From Octopus vulgaris (taxonomy: Eukaryota), in the NCBI GenBank assembly GCA_951406725.2, contig OX597820.1, positions 55,490,001-55,554,000 of the forward strand: a stretch of DNA of 64,000 nucleotides, read 5' to 3'. The position numbers and the translations under genes were made by a program. The notes under the pieces are model-generated. The model was not told the DNA's origin. It did not search any database and was given only the letters and a program-made list of their open reading frames with translations. This document shows, piece after piece, positions 1 to 12,827 of the stretch; the stretch's first letter is position 1, and each line of letters opens with the position of its first letter.

Positions 1-786
1 AAAATACAGGAGGATATTTCGAATAGGAGAATAATCTATAAGACATTCAGTATAACAAACAGAGCAATCCAAAAAATAGAGGAAAAAAAGATTGAAAACT
101 GCTTAAAGCCAATAATGGACAAAATTACGTATATCAATCGAGGGAAGAAATACGGCACAGTGGAGGTGAGATTCACGTCAGAGGAGGTAGCAAAGAAGCT
201 ATCCATGGAACCCATAAAAGCAGAGGATTTTGTTCTCCTACCCCTGTATAAAGGCAAGAGAACTTCCAAAATCACTATGAACAACATCCCGCCAGAAGCG
301 GATGCCGAAGTCCTAGTGGCAGCAGTTATGGTAGGCCTGGAGGAAAAAATAAACATCCTCCAGGCCACCGTAGAAGAAGAAGAATTCTGGAAAGGGCAAA
401 AGATAATAATAGCCATACAAGCAGAAGTACAAACCCTGGAAGAGATCCCAGAGACTCTTAGGATAAGCGAAGATGAAAGAGTCACAGTCTTCGTAGAGGG
501 CAGAAAGCCGAGGTGCTTCGGCTGCGGTAAGAAGGGGCATGTAAGGGCGGAATGCCAGCCCCAACCCAAACCGCAGGAAGCACCTAAGCCAAAAGGAAAA
601 GAAGACAATGTGTCACCAGAAGCAGCGTCAGACGGCCCAGAAGGGAAGACTGAAGGTGTGGAGGTGATGGTAACAGCAGAACCAGCGGCGGAAAAAAAAA
701 AGAGCGAGGAAAAGATAAATGAGGAGGGGTGGGCAAAAATTATCGGAAAAAAAAAAGAAAAACGGAAACCACCCCTCCCAGAGTAA
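1..786 (+). CDS. Tx1-type ORF1 (gag-like nucleic-acid-binding protein), 5' partial
   Basis: Frame open from base 1 (KIQEDISNRRII...) through the annotated M at 115; CX2CX4HX4C knuckle CFGCGKKGHVRAEC; basic C-terminus. Confidence 0.85.
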   Translation, partial: KIQEDISNRRIIYKTFSITNRAIQKIEEKKIENCLKPIMDKITYINRGKKYGTVEVRFTSEEVAKKLSMEPIKAEDFVLLPLYKGKRTSKITMNNIPPEADAEVLVAAVMVGLEEKINILQATVEEEEFWKGQKIIIAIQAEVQTLEEIPETLRISEDERVTVFVEGRKPRCFGCGKKGHVRAECQPQPKPQEAPKPKGKEDNVSPEAASDGPEGKTEGVEVMVTAEPAAEKKKSEEKINEEGWAKIIGKKKEKRKPPLPE

Positions 787-1096
787 TTTTAAAAAAGAAA
801 AAAGAGTCAATAAACTCATATATGGCCGTAAAAGCATCAAATAGCAGACTCGGAAACGTGTTGGCAGCCATGGCCAATGTGAAGAGAGTAGAGAAAAAAA
901 TGACTTTGCAATTTACAAAATAGACCGGAAGGATTACGGGCGGATAAAGTCAGATTTCTTCCATGACGTAGGCCCACTTAGGTTGGATGTAACATCTCCA
1001 CATATATTCGAGGGCCTACGTCAGACTCCCCCACGAGGCCCAGAAAAAGAGAAGGAAGAAGAAGAAAAACCGAACCACTGATATAAAAGGTAAGTA

Positions 1097-4000
1097 ATGG
1101 ATTACATTTATGTTGGTTGTTTAAATGTGCGCGGCCTGGGAGCAGGCTGGAAGCAAGGTCGCTTCCTGCATGATATCAGGTCGCGTAATTTAGATGTTAT
1201 TGTTGCTACAGAAACCCGGCTAGAGGGGCCAAGAGGTCTACTCCCGCTGTTTGACGGCTACGAGAGTTTTTTCTCTCCTGGCAGTCCTACAGGCGGGAGT
1301 GGGGTGTTGGTCCTATTAAAAAGAAACCGGGTTTCTGAGAAAAAGTTAATTTTTGCAGATCCAGAAGGTAGGCTGGTCGTCATGGATTTGACGTTCAGTA
1401 ATGGTAAAGTTATCAGACTGGTTGCAATTTACGCACCCAACCATACAGGGCAAAGTGATTATTTTCGTGAACTAGAAAACTTTCTTGGTACTTCGCATTC
1501 ATTAGTGGTGCTAGGAGACTTTAACACAATTTGCAAAGCGGATGTAGATTATGTTGGCTCGTGTCCAGATAGAAAAGGCAACAGTGGCTTCATGGAACTG
1601 CTAAGCCGCTTTGAGCTAGCAGATCCTTATAGGCTGGAATTTCCGAACGCTCCATTGTGGACATGGTCAAACAGCGACGGATCTTCCAGGTCGTATCTAG
1701 ATAGAATACTAATTAGAAAAGTAGACAGTAAAATAGCTAAGTGTCCACAGTTTTACCCGATCAGCTACAGTGATCATAAAATGGTCACTTGTAAGCTTGA
1801 CATAGATAAGGTTAAAAATAGAGGATCCGGTTACTGGAAACTTAATACGTCCCTTTTGGCGATTAAGGAGTACAAAGACCGGATTAGGAATATAATTCAG
1901 AGGGCACTATCTGGTACCATCATTAATAACAAATGGTGGTACGCCCTCAAACGAGCCATCAAGTTTGAGTCTATTAGATATAGCATAGGAGTAGTGGCTA
2001 GAGAGGCTAGAAGGGAAACTACTCTAGTTAAGGAATTAGAGGAAGCCATGAAAACTGGCTCTGCGGCTCAGGTGGCGGCCAAGAGACTGGTGTTAAACCA
2101 GCACCTCGAGGCCAAACACATGGGCTGCATTGTCAGGGCTAGAATCCGTCATATGGGATGTGAAGGAATCAACGCCGTGAGATGGGCCCGAGTGGTGGAA
2201 GCTCAGCATGGTAACGATGCCACGATTCGATCTTTGACGAACCAACAAGGTGAGTTGATAAACGAACCCGAGGAGATGTGTGAGGCCTTTCAGGAGCACT
2301 TCGCTCAGCTTTTCGGTGAGTGCGGCGGACTGGATAGGAGGAGGGCCTTTACGGACCTACTCGACGGTCTGCCGCGCTTATCGGGGCGAGATGCGGAGGG
2401 CTGTGAAGGGCCAATCACGCCTGAGGAGGTGGTTGAGGCAATGGCGGACTGCGGCGCGGGCAAGGCGCCGGGTTTGGATGGTCTACCCTATGAGTTATAT
2501 AAGAGTATGCCAGACTTGTTCGGGCACCTACTGGCGGAGGTCTACGCGAACTGGCAGCAGAACGGGCTTATACCCAGATCTGTGCGCCGGGGAGTAGTGA
2601 CTCTCGTCAGAAAGGACCCGAGCAAGGGGGAGTGCATTGATAATTTCAGGCCCATCACTCTGCTAAACACAGAGTTGAAGATTTTGGCCAAAGTGTTATC
2701 GAAAAGATTGGCGCGTGTCGCGGATGGTCTGATCGGAGGGGCACAGACATGTGCCGTTCCGGGCAGATCCATTCAGGATAATCTCCATCTAATGCGGTAC
2801 ACTATAGAGGGGTTTAATAGTGATTCTGGCAAGGGTGGGGCACTGGTCCATTTAGACCAATCTAAAGCTTTTGATAGGGTCGACCATCGTTACCTGGTAT
2901 CTGCCCTGGCACAGTTCGGGCTGAGCCTTGGATTCCTCAGGTGGATTATCGAAATTTATGATAACATCGACTCGGTAGTTCGGGTGAACGGCTTCTTGTC
3001 GAAGCCGTTCAAAATCAAACGCTCGGTTCGTCAAGGGTGTCCGCTCTCCCCGCTTTTGTACGTGATGGCTCTTGAGCCATTACTGCGAAAACTGAGCGGC
3101 ATCCCGAGACAGCCAGGTAATGGAAAATCAGTGTCAGCGTACGCGGATGACATCACCATCATCGTAACCGAAATGGACCACCTATGTAAAGTAGGCAAGG
3201 CCATAGAGGTGTACGAGACGGTGACAGGAGCAAAAGTTAATCGCGAAAAGTCAGTCGGCTTGCAACTCGGCACCTGGAGAGGCAAGTCGATGCCTCCTGA
3301 CAGCGTCGTGGGACGTTGGACGGAGGGTCCGATTAAACTGCTAGGGGTCTGGTTCGGTCCAGACCTCCAAATAGAGAAGAATTGGGGCGAGGTAACGAGC
3401 AAGGTGGCTGCAGTAGCCAAGACCTGGTCTTGGCGGTGGCTATCCCTGAAAGGGAGGGCGGAGGTGGCCAATGTGTTTATCGCATCGGTTATCACCTACC
3501 GCCTTTCCGTCGTTCCTTGCCCTGATTCGTGGTTGATCAAGTTGGAAAGACAGCTCTTCTACTTCTTGTGGAAGGGCGGGAAACCACTTGTGAAACGCTC
3601 TACTTGCTGTCAACAACCGTTAAAGGGTGGGCTAGGGATGCCTTGGCTGATGATGCGCAGACATGCGCTGAGGTTAAGACATCTGTGGCTCTACCTGGAT
3701 GGTGAACGGGTGTGGTCTTCGCTAGCAAAACTGATGTTTCCCAAGTTCACTAGTTTCGGTGGATGGGAAACCTGGCTGAATCGTAGATCGAAACTTGGTA
3801 CTTGGTACACGGAGTGTCGCAAGGCTCTCCTGCTATTCCGTCGCTCGGGCAACGCCTGCGGTGGGGGTTCCACCACATTCTTCTATAGAGGGTTGGTAGA
3901 GGCGGAATGTGAAGATACCTTGGGGGAAACCCTAGGTCTCGACGATAATCAGCTGGCCAGTCTGTTCCGACGTACGTTCGAGCCAAGGACACTGGACAAC

Positions 4001-4492
4001 TTCCAGAAGTCTCTGGCATGGCAATGCTACAGAGGAGCTCTACCTGTTCGGGATAAACTCGCAAGGCACGGTGGCCAAGACAGTCCGATATGTCCAAGAT
4101 GCGGGCGGGATAGGGAAACCGTCCCGCACGCGATTGTTCATTGTCCGGACGTGTCTGAGGTGTGGGTTTATGCCGAACACCTGTTGTCAGGTACACGAAG
4201 AGTACAGCTGTCGACTGAGTCGATTACAAAAATTGACCCACCGGATTTCCTCGTGAATGAAGGTAAGTTTCGTTTTCTCGTTGTAGTAGCAATCGCGAAA
4301 GAGGTGATATGGAAGACGAGAATGAAAGGTTTACAGTCAGGCAAGTTCATCTCCGGCCCTGGTTTGATGAATTATTTCATCTTTCACCTGAAAAGGAAGA
4401 TAGGGCTGGAGAGAATATGCCTGACTAGGAGAGCGTATGAAGAACGATGGAAGGATGTAGCACGGAAGTTGCGAATGAAAGTTACAACATAA
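1097..4492 (+). CDS. LINE ORF2: apurinic-like endonuclease, reverse transcriptase, C-terminal zinc finger (1131 aa, uninterrupted)
   Basis: APE motifs LNVRGL, TET, IYAPN, GDFN, LDRI, SDH; RT motifs KAPGLDG, FRPITLLN, DQSKAFDRV, RQGCPLSP, YADD; C-terminal CPRC..H..HC. Confidence 0.97.
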   Translation: MDYIYVGCLNVRGLGAGWKQGRFLHDIRSRNLDVIVATETRLEGPRGLLPLFDGYESFFSPGSPTGGSGVLVLLKRNRVSEKKLIFADPEGRLVVMDLTFSNGKVIRLVAIYAPNHTGQSDYFRELENFLGTSHSLVVLGDFNTICKADVDYVGSCPDRKGNSGFMELLSRFELADPYRLEFPNAPLWTWSNSDGSSRSYLDRILIRKVDSKIAKCPQFYPISYSDHKMVTCKLDIDKVKNRGSGYWKLNTSLLAIKEYKDRIRNIIQRALSGTIINNKWWYALKRAIKFESIRYSIGVVAREARRETTLVKELEEAMKTGSAAQVAAKRLVLNQHLEAKHMGCIVRARIRHMGCEGINAVRWARVVEAQHGNDATIRSLTNQQGELINEPEEMCEAFQEHFAQLFGECGGLDRRRAFTDLLDGLPRLSGRDAEGCEGPITPEEVVEAMADCGAGKAPGLDGLPYELYKSMPDLFGHLLAEVYANWQQNGLIPRSVRRGVVTLVRKDPSKGECIDNFRPITLLNTELKILAKVLSKRLARVADGLIGGAQTCAVPGRSIQDNLHLMRYTIEGFNSDSGKGGALVHLDQSKAFDRVDHRYLVSALAQFGLSLGFLRWIIEIYDNIDSVVRVNGFLSKPFKIKRSVRQGCPLSPLLYVMALEPLLRKLSGIPRQPGNGKSVSAYADDITIIVTEMDHLCKVGKAIEVYETVTGAKVNREKSVGLQLGTWRGKSMPPDSVVGRWTEGPIKLLGVWFGPDLQIEKNWGEVTSKVAAVAKTWSWRWLSLKGRAEVANVFIASVITYRLSVVPCPDSWLIKLERQLFYFLWKGGKPLVKRSTCCQQPLKGGLGMPWLMMRRHALRLRHLWLYLDGERVWSSLAKLMFPKFTSFGGWETWLNRRSKLGTWYTECRKALLLFRRSGNACGGGSTTFFYRGLVEAECEDTLGETLGLDDNQLASLFRRTFEPRTLDNFQKSLAWQCYRGALPVRDKLARHGGQDSPICPRCGRDRETVPHAIVHCPDVSEVWVYAEHLLSGTRRVQLSTESITKIDPPDFLVNEGKFRFLVVVAIAKEVIWKTRMKGLQSGKFISGPGLMNYFIFHLKRKIGLERICLTRRAYEERWKDVARKLRMKVTT

Positions 4493-4736
4493 ATGTAATA
4501 CCAAGTGCAACCAAAAGTATCAGTGGGGAGGCGGGGCTCGTGGGGTCCGAGCTAAACCCGCACCCACTCCACCCGTAATGTCTTCCGGTCTGTCCTATCA
4601 CTCGATTTCTGTCCATTTATTGTAATTCATGAAAATTTTTAAACCCGATTTATTGTAAAAACCCATTCGTTTGTCTGACCCCATCATCAGATTGTATTGT
4701 CCCATCTGTGTTCGCCCCTTGTGGGTAATAATAAAA

Positions 4737-5055
4737 CAACATGGAGGAAAGCACCTTCGAAAAGTGTCTTGGTGCGACTATGATAGATATCTAATAAGAG
4801 GCGGTAAATTCGCCACAATAGAAGCAAGGTTTGAGTCAACGGAGCGTGCAAGGCAGTACTCGACTCGAACTTGCAAAGTGGAAATATTTTATTTTTACCT
4901 TTATATCTGGGATGTAGGACGTCCCGGAAAAAAAATTAATAATCCTCCCCACCCAGAAGTAGAGGTAGGCTTGATTGTAGCCACACTTCTATACAAGAGG
5001 GAGGACAAGATACAATTGAACGAAATTACAAGAGACGGGCTAACAATTCCAGTCT
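4737..5055 (+). pseudogene. Degenerate ORF1 fragment of a related, older Tx1-like element
   Basis: Frameshifted translation MEESTFEKCL..RGGKFATIEARFESTERA..LPLYLGCRTS..PEVEVGLIVATL aligns to ORF1 IEEKKIENCL..RGKKYGTVEVRFTSEEVA..LPLYKGKRTS..PEADAEVLVAAV. Confidence 0.75.
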
Positions 5056-5282
5056 GTTATATATTTTGAGTATTGTTATCACTACCGATATCAAGATATA
5101 ACTTTGTATTTTGTATTTTATGTGTAGATGTATATATATATAGATGTACATGTAATATGTACACATATATATACACATACATACATGCACTAGCACTATG
5201 ACCCGGCATCGACGGGTCTTTAATGCAAGTATATATATACATGTATGTATGTACGTACGTATATATATCTTTTTTTATCTTT

Positions 5283-5715
5283 TTGGTGTTTCAGCTCAGA
5301 GCTGCGGCCATGCTAGGGCATCGCCGTTTTGCTACACTGTTATTACTGAGAGCCTCCTCGAATATATGACACTTGGTGAAGAATGAAGTTTGATGCTGCT
5401 ACCCTCATTTGCACCTCTTGCCATGAGGTAGGTTCATCTGGGACTCTCAACATGAAGAGGTCCAGTTTTGCTTTGAAAACACCTATATCCACTTTATGTA
5501 GGTCTCTCAGGATCTTTGGGAAAATATTAAAAAGCTATGGGCCCCTGAAATCCAGGCTGTTGCAGTAACTGGTCTTGAGGCACAAGAGCATTGCTGGGAT
5601 CTTTGGCACTGTGTAGTGTCAACCCATTCTGGCATTGGTGCGGCTTTCAATGCCAAAATTTGGTACTATTTCTTCTAGGATCTACCAGATGTGTATTACT
5701 GCATACTTCTTCCAC
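5283..5715 (-). mobile_element. 3' fragment of CR1-clade LINE (same family as 15536..18510)
   Basis: Collinear, diverged similarity to 15570..16000 including the terminal CAGCTC..GAGCTG hairpin. Confidence 0.8.
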
Positions 5716-5737
5716 CTTTACTTCAGGGAGTAGTCTT

Positions 5738-6070
5738 CTGGCCCCCGTGCCGGTGGCACGTAAAAAGCACCATCTGATCGTGACCGTTGTCAGCCTTGCC
5801 TGGCCCCCGTGCCGGTGGAACGTAAAAAGCACCATCTGTCCGTGGCCGTTTGCCAGCTCCGTATGGCACCTGTGCGGGTGGCACGTAAAAAGCACCCACT
5901 ACACTCACGGAGTGGTTGGCCACGGACAGAAGGACATCCAGCCGTAGAAACACTGCCAGATCAGACTGGGCCTGATGCAGCCTTCTGGCTTCACAGACCC
6001 CAGTTGAACCGTCCAACCCATGCTAGCATGGAAAGCGGACGCTAAATGATGATGATGATGATGATGATGA
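5738..6070 (+). mobile_element. RTE-type LINE 3' UTR fragment with (GAT)n tail
   Basis: GTGCCGGTGGCACGTAAAAAGCACC subrepeats; CCAACCCATGCTAGCATGGAAAGCGGACG; (GAT)n. Confidence 0.8.
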
Positions 6071-6087
6071 TAATATATATATATATA

Positions 6088-6123
<36 letters not shown>

Positions 6124-6126
<3 letters not shown>

Positions 6127-6560
6127 TCATCATCATCATTTAACGTCCGCTTTCCATGCTAGCATGGGTTGGACGATTTGACTGAGGTCTGGCGAACGAG
6201 ATAGCTGCACCAGACTCCAATCTGATCTCGCAGTGTTTCTACAGCTGGATGCCCTTCCTAATGCCAACCACTCCAAGAGTGTAATGCCACCAGCACGAGG
6301 GCCAGTAAGGTGGTACTGGCAATGGCCACGCTCAAATGGTGCTTTTTATGTGCCACCTGCACAGGAGTCAGTCCAGCGGCACTGGCAACGACCTCGCTCG
6401 AATGTTTTTTTCATGTGCCACCAGCACAAGTGCTAATAAGGTGACACAGGTAACGATCACGCTCGTATGGGGTTTTTAATGTGCCATCGACACGGAAACC
6501 AGCTTGTTGCTCTGGCAATGATTTCACTTGTATGGTACTCATAGCGCTCCACTAGCATGG
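6124..6560 (-). mobile_element. RTE-type LINE 3' UTR fragment
   Basis: Reverse complement of the same family, starting with (CAT)n TTAACGTCCGCTTTCCATGCTAGCATGG. Confidence 0.8.
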
Positions 6561-6563
6561 ATG

Positions 6564-7987
<1,424 letters not shown>

Positions 7988-8026
7988 ATGACTTCATATG
8001 AGTCAACAGCTCTTCACAAGCACAGT

Positions 8027-8515
8027 TTATTGGCCAATATTGAAGGGTACTCCTAAATGAGCTGGTTATGCTGCACTGACCACAGCCATGGCCTATGCCA
8101 GTGCAGCATAACTGGCCCATTTAAGGGTACCCTTCAATTATTGGGCAATAAACTGTGCTTGTGAAGATCTGTTGAGTTAAGTGAAGTCATTGTTGTGGCC
8201 AATACCAGTACTGCCTGATTGGCATCCATGCCAGTGGCATGTAAAAAGCCGCCCGACTGGTCCTGTGCCAGTGGCACATAAAAAGCACCATTAGAGTGTG
8301 GTTATTGCCAGTGGCACCTGACAGACTCCCATGCTGGTAGCATGTAAAAAGCACTCACTATGCTCCCGCAGTGGTTGGCGTTAGGAAGGGCAGCCAGCTG
8401 TAGTAACTTTGCCAGATCAGATTGGAGCCTGGTGCAGCCTTCTATCTTGCTAGTCCTCAGTCAAACTGTCCAACCAATGCCAGCATGGAAAGCAGACATT
8501 AAATGACGATGATGA
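8027..8515 (+). mobile_element. Diverged RTE-type 3' UTR fragment
   Basis: GGTTGGCGTTAGGAAGGGC motif, subrepeats, (GAT)n tail. Confidence 0.75.
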
Positions 8516-8639
8516 TACACACACACAGATATATATATATATATATAATACATACACATATACATACATACATACACATACATTCATAGATAAATACACA
8601 TATATACATATATATATATATACATATATACATACATAT

Positions 8640-8706
<67 letters not shown>

Positions 8707-8718
8707 TACATACATATA

Positions 8719-9962
8719 TAATGGGGTTGGATAAATTAATGGAAACACCTTAAAATTTCAAACAAATTAATTTTAATATGGGTCAGGGCGGCCTTTGGCA
8801 GTAATTACAGCTTGAATTCTATGAGGTATGGGCTCGTACAAAGTTTGAATTGCTTCCAAAGGAACTTTTGTCCATTCTTCAGCTAAAACAGTCTCCACTT
8901 CTTGTAGTGATGATGGTGGAGGATATTGACTCCTTACTTGTTTTCCTAAAATGTACCGTAAATGTTCAATAATATTGAGATCTGGGGACTGTGGTGGCCA
9001 GATAAGATGTTCAACCTCACTAGAATGTTCCTCGCGCCATTCAGTAACAATTTTAGCTGTGTGAATTGGTGCATTATCATCCTGAAAGATTGCGTTTCTC
9101 TCTGGAAACAGTTCCACAACCATAGGATGAATTTGATCAGATAAAATAGTCTTGACTATTAATTCTGTCATGAAGGGAAACCACTGGGCTGGAAGATTTC
9201 CAAGATATAGCTCCCCACCCCACCCAGATCATCTTAGATCCTCCTCCATGTTTAACAGTTGGAAGAAGGCAGTCTGGGTCAAATGCTTCCTTTGGCTGTT
9301 TCCACACATATACTCGGCCAGTGGTTGGAAATAAGGTAAAGGATGACTCGTCTGAGACAATAACATTCTTCCACTGCTCTAGAGAGCTATTCTGTAGGTT
9401 TTTACTCCACTCTAAATGCTTTCCAACATTTGTTTTTGAAAGTAGTGGTTTTCTGATTGCAGCCCTCCCGTGAAATCTGGCTTTGTGCAGCTCTTGGCAA
9501 ACAGTTTTTGTGGAAACTGGGTTCTCGAGGTGGTCATTAAGCTCTGCAGTAATTTTGAGAGCTGTACTTTTGTGATCCTTTGTAACAATTTGCATAGGAG
9601 TCTGACAGTCCCTATCTGAAAGTTTTGGTTTTCTTCCAGAATTTTGTTTTGACATGGAGGTTTTTCCCTCTTTCTCAAAGGCTGTCATTACTTTCGAGAT
9701 AGTACTTCTTGATACACCAAACATTTTGGTTGTTTTTGTTACACTAGCACCTGCCACACGAGAATCATCAGTTTGACCTCTTTTAATGAATTTTGATTAC
9801 CTTTTTCTGATGATATCAGAAAAGAAACAGCAATTTTAGCTAAACATATTAAGCAGCACTAATAATAAATAAAAAAACACAAAATAAAGAAGCTTTTGAT
9901 GGTTTTATAGATATTTCAAAATTATGATGGTAGGTGTTTCCATTATTTTGTCCAACTCATGT
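8719..9962 (-). mobile_element. Tc1-family DNA transposon, full length but decayed
   Basis: TIRs GGGGTTGGATAAATTAATGGAAACACCT / AGGTGTTTCCATTATTTTGTCCAACTCATG in TA context; internal transposase. Confidence 0.93.
8773..9790 (-). pseudogene. Tc1 transposase (DD36E), frameshifted
   Basis: HTH with GRKPKL, SDES, TVKHGGG, FQDDNAPIH, WPPQSPDLNIIE; split over ORFs 9137..9757 and 8773..9171. Confidence 0.92.
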
Positions 9963-10682
9963 ATATATACGATATTAGAACACACCCAAAACTTTTGGAG
10001 GAGGATACAGTTATGTAATTCTTTCTCCAAATGGATGAAACAAAACTTGGCAGGATTTGATTGATCTCAGGACGCAAAGGTATGTAATGTAAATAAAAAC
10101 CGTGAAGCATTTAACCTGTTGTTCTACTGTTTCTTTCACTATATTAAAAGCAAAATATTAACTAATTTATGATGATGATGATGAAGATGATGATGATATA
10201 GCTGATGATGAGTTATCATGATGGCCACGTGTAGTGTCCACGTGCAAGAAGCAAATAGTTGAAAAAGAGAGGCGGGAGGGAGGAAGAAACTAAAAACCCC
10301 CACCATAAAATCCTTTTCCTGGTTTACTCATCAAATACTCACTCAATGCAAAACACAATGTCGAAATTTCTTTGTCACCAAAAAAGAATGCAGCAAACTA
10401 TACTTTTCGAAAGGTAAATAAGCTGGGACATTCAGGTAATATTTTTTACATTTTGAACACACAAACACATACAAAGCAAAACAAAACACAAATCCTCTGT
10501 ATTCTTGTAGAACATTTCCGTGACTTCTTTTCTTAGGGAGTAGCATAATCAGTAGTGTGTCAAATGAAATAACTTGCAGTACCAGTTTTGTCTCTGAGTT
10601 CCGATTTCAAGTCTCACTGAGGTCTTTTATCTTTCAACATTCCAAGGTAAATAAAATAAAATGCCAGGACTTTATTTTTGAA

Positions 10683-10808
10683 GTCAGGTACTAAGTTACA
10701 GGAACATAAACAAACGAACAATGGTTGCTGAATGGTACAAAGCAAAGAGACAGACACATACACTCACACACATGATATATATATATATATACACATAGAT
10801 ATATATAC

Positions 10809-10854
<46 letters not shown>

Positions 10855-11010
10855 CGGGCTTTTTCAGTTTCTACAAAATCCACTCACAAGGCTTTGGTCA
10901 AACTGAGGCTGTGGTAGAAGACACTTGCCCAAAGTGCCATGCAATGGGACTGAACTTGGAATCATGTGGTTTGGAAGCAAGCGTCTTACCACACAGCCAC
11001 ACGTATGCCT
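10683..11010 (-). mobile_element. tRNA-derived CORE-like SINE (family A)
   Basis: Reverse complement of GTGGCTGTGTGGTAAG..GTTCAGTCCCA..TTGGGCAAGTGTCTTCTAC..GAGTGGATTT; internal (TA)n. Confidence 0.8.
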
Positions 11011-11839
11011 ATAGTAAGTGATATTGCTTTAGATTTCCTCTGTCTACCTGATATGTTTTACAGTACATTATAGTTTAGCCCCAGGTCAGTCCTGGTCCAG
11101 TGGACTTTGATGAAAAAATGTTTCAGTGCCACAATCCTTTATTCTTAGTTTTCCTTTTTATTATTATTCAATAAGTCCTTTTGTAAGAAAATAGAGTGTG
11201 GTTTGAGTTAGTTGTGGCTACTTTTTCTAACATGAATAAAAGAATTTCATAGAGCCTCGCCTACTGGATCAACATCTTTTAGTAGGTGGAAAGGTAGGGG
11301 CATGTTATCTTAAAACGTTGGTGATAACAAGTCCCCACCCTCCAAATTTGGTGCTTAGGAAAATAATCAGGTTTTCCTCCTTGAAACAAAATGTGAGGCA
11401 TTTGTTGAGAAAGATTTTATATCCTACACTGTTTAAGTTAAAATGGCTGTGAGAGAATCACTTGACCAGTTCACTTTACTTTCCATTCAATAAAAATCTA
11501 ATACATGAAAGCCATATTAGTATAGATTTTGTTACCAAATCTATATTAGTCTGAAATAGCTTTGAAGAAGTCATTATACAATTACAGATGGTTAACACGA
11601 ATATTGGGAAATTTATATGCATAAGAAGTAATTTATTTTTACATGAGACAAGTAACAGAATGAGGTCAATGGTCTTGTAAGATGGTGGAGCCTCTACCTC
11701 TCTCTCTTGTCTCCCCACATGACTGGTGTTAGGCCAGGCCTGACATTTCTTTCTTGGTTGGACTACTGTCCTTGCAACATCTATATTCCTTCCTGCGCTT
11801 GTTAAATCTTATGTCCCCACCGTAAGGCTTTATTTCCAC

Positions 11840-12200
11840 ACACACCAGTTTAATTTAATTCATCCTCAGTCGAAAGACACCTGTTGTTATGTTCTCTTAT
11901 TTGTATAACATTTCTCTGGGGTTTTTTTCCGTCCTTGTTTTCATATACATTCGCTGCTTTCTTCCAAGGAATGTAATTCTCTTAGTTTATTTTTCCTTGG
12001 GGCTGGCCAGATTGGAGCAATCTCGAGTATAACCAGCTGAAATTGCAAAGATAATCTGGAACTCGACTGAGGAAAGAAAACTTCGAATGACCCGTCCTTG
12101 TTTTCTTTGTATCGTCTATCTGGATGTTTTGTTGTCCCTTTTTTGTATCACCTATCTGTCTGGATGTTTTGTGTTCTTGTCCCATTTTTGTATGTTTTAT
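11840..12200. repeat. Unclassified element-like segment with 11-bp inverted repeat TCCTCAGTCGA/TCGACTGAGGA
   Basis: IR at 11862..11872 and 12063..12073; T-rich TGTC/TTGT tail. Confidence 0.35.
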
Positions 12201-12252
12201 ATATACATACATAAATATATATGCATATACCATATGAATCAATGGTTATGTA

Positions 12253-12291
<39 letters not shown>

Positions 12292-12770
12292 TTAAACATT
12301 TATCTATAGATGCTGACTGCCTTTTTCTCCCTCTTTCACACAAACACATTTACACACATATTTACTGCTGTACTAATAGAATGTGAGCTATGAATAAATT
12401 ACTCGGTATTAAGTCATATCTATATGAGTAGACTTCCATCACTCTATCTCAATATCTTTAGGATGGGAAGCAAGCAGAAGCAGATTCTGATAGGATGTTG
12501 AATGGAATTAAAAGAAAATCAGTCAGTTTCCAATGCCAAGCTGCTCATAAGATAGTGACATTAAACCCACATGAATATGATTCCAGCACAGATATGTATG
12601 TGTGTGTGTGTGTGCGTGTGTGTGTGACAGGCTTAATAAATTTTCCACCCATGATATTCACCCAGGAGGCTTAGGTTGGGTTGGACATAATAGGATAATA
12701 GTAGAAGGCACCTGAAATTACATGGTTGAGAAGCAAACTTCTTAACTCCATAACCATACTTGTAGGTATG

Positions 12771-12806
<36 letters not shown>

Positions 12807-12827
12807 CATATGTATCAGATATATATA

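Larger units (their letters stand above)
1..4736 (+). mobile_element. L1/Tx1-clade non-LTR retrotransposon, 5' end outside window
   Basis: ORF1 with CCHC knuckle, ORF2 with APE-RT-zinc finger, ~240-bp 3' UTR ending GCCCCTTGTGGGTAATAATAAAA; GC/CpG richer than flanks. Confidence 0.95.

Noticed and set aside
36-608. 190-aa minus-strand ORF (and other ORFs overlapping the LINE ORFs)
   Set aside because: Antisense or alternate-frame shadows of ORF1/ORF2 with no motifs
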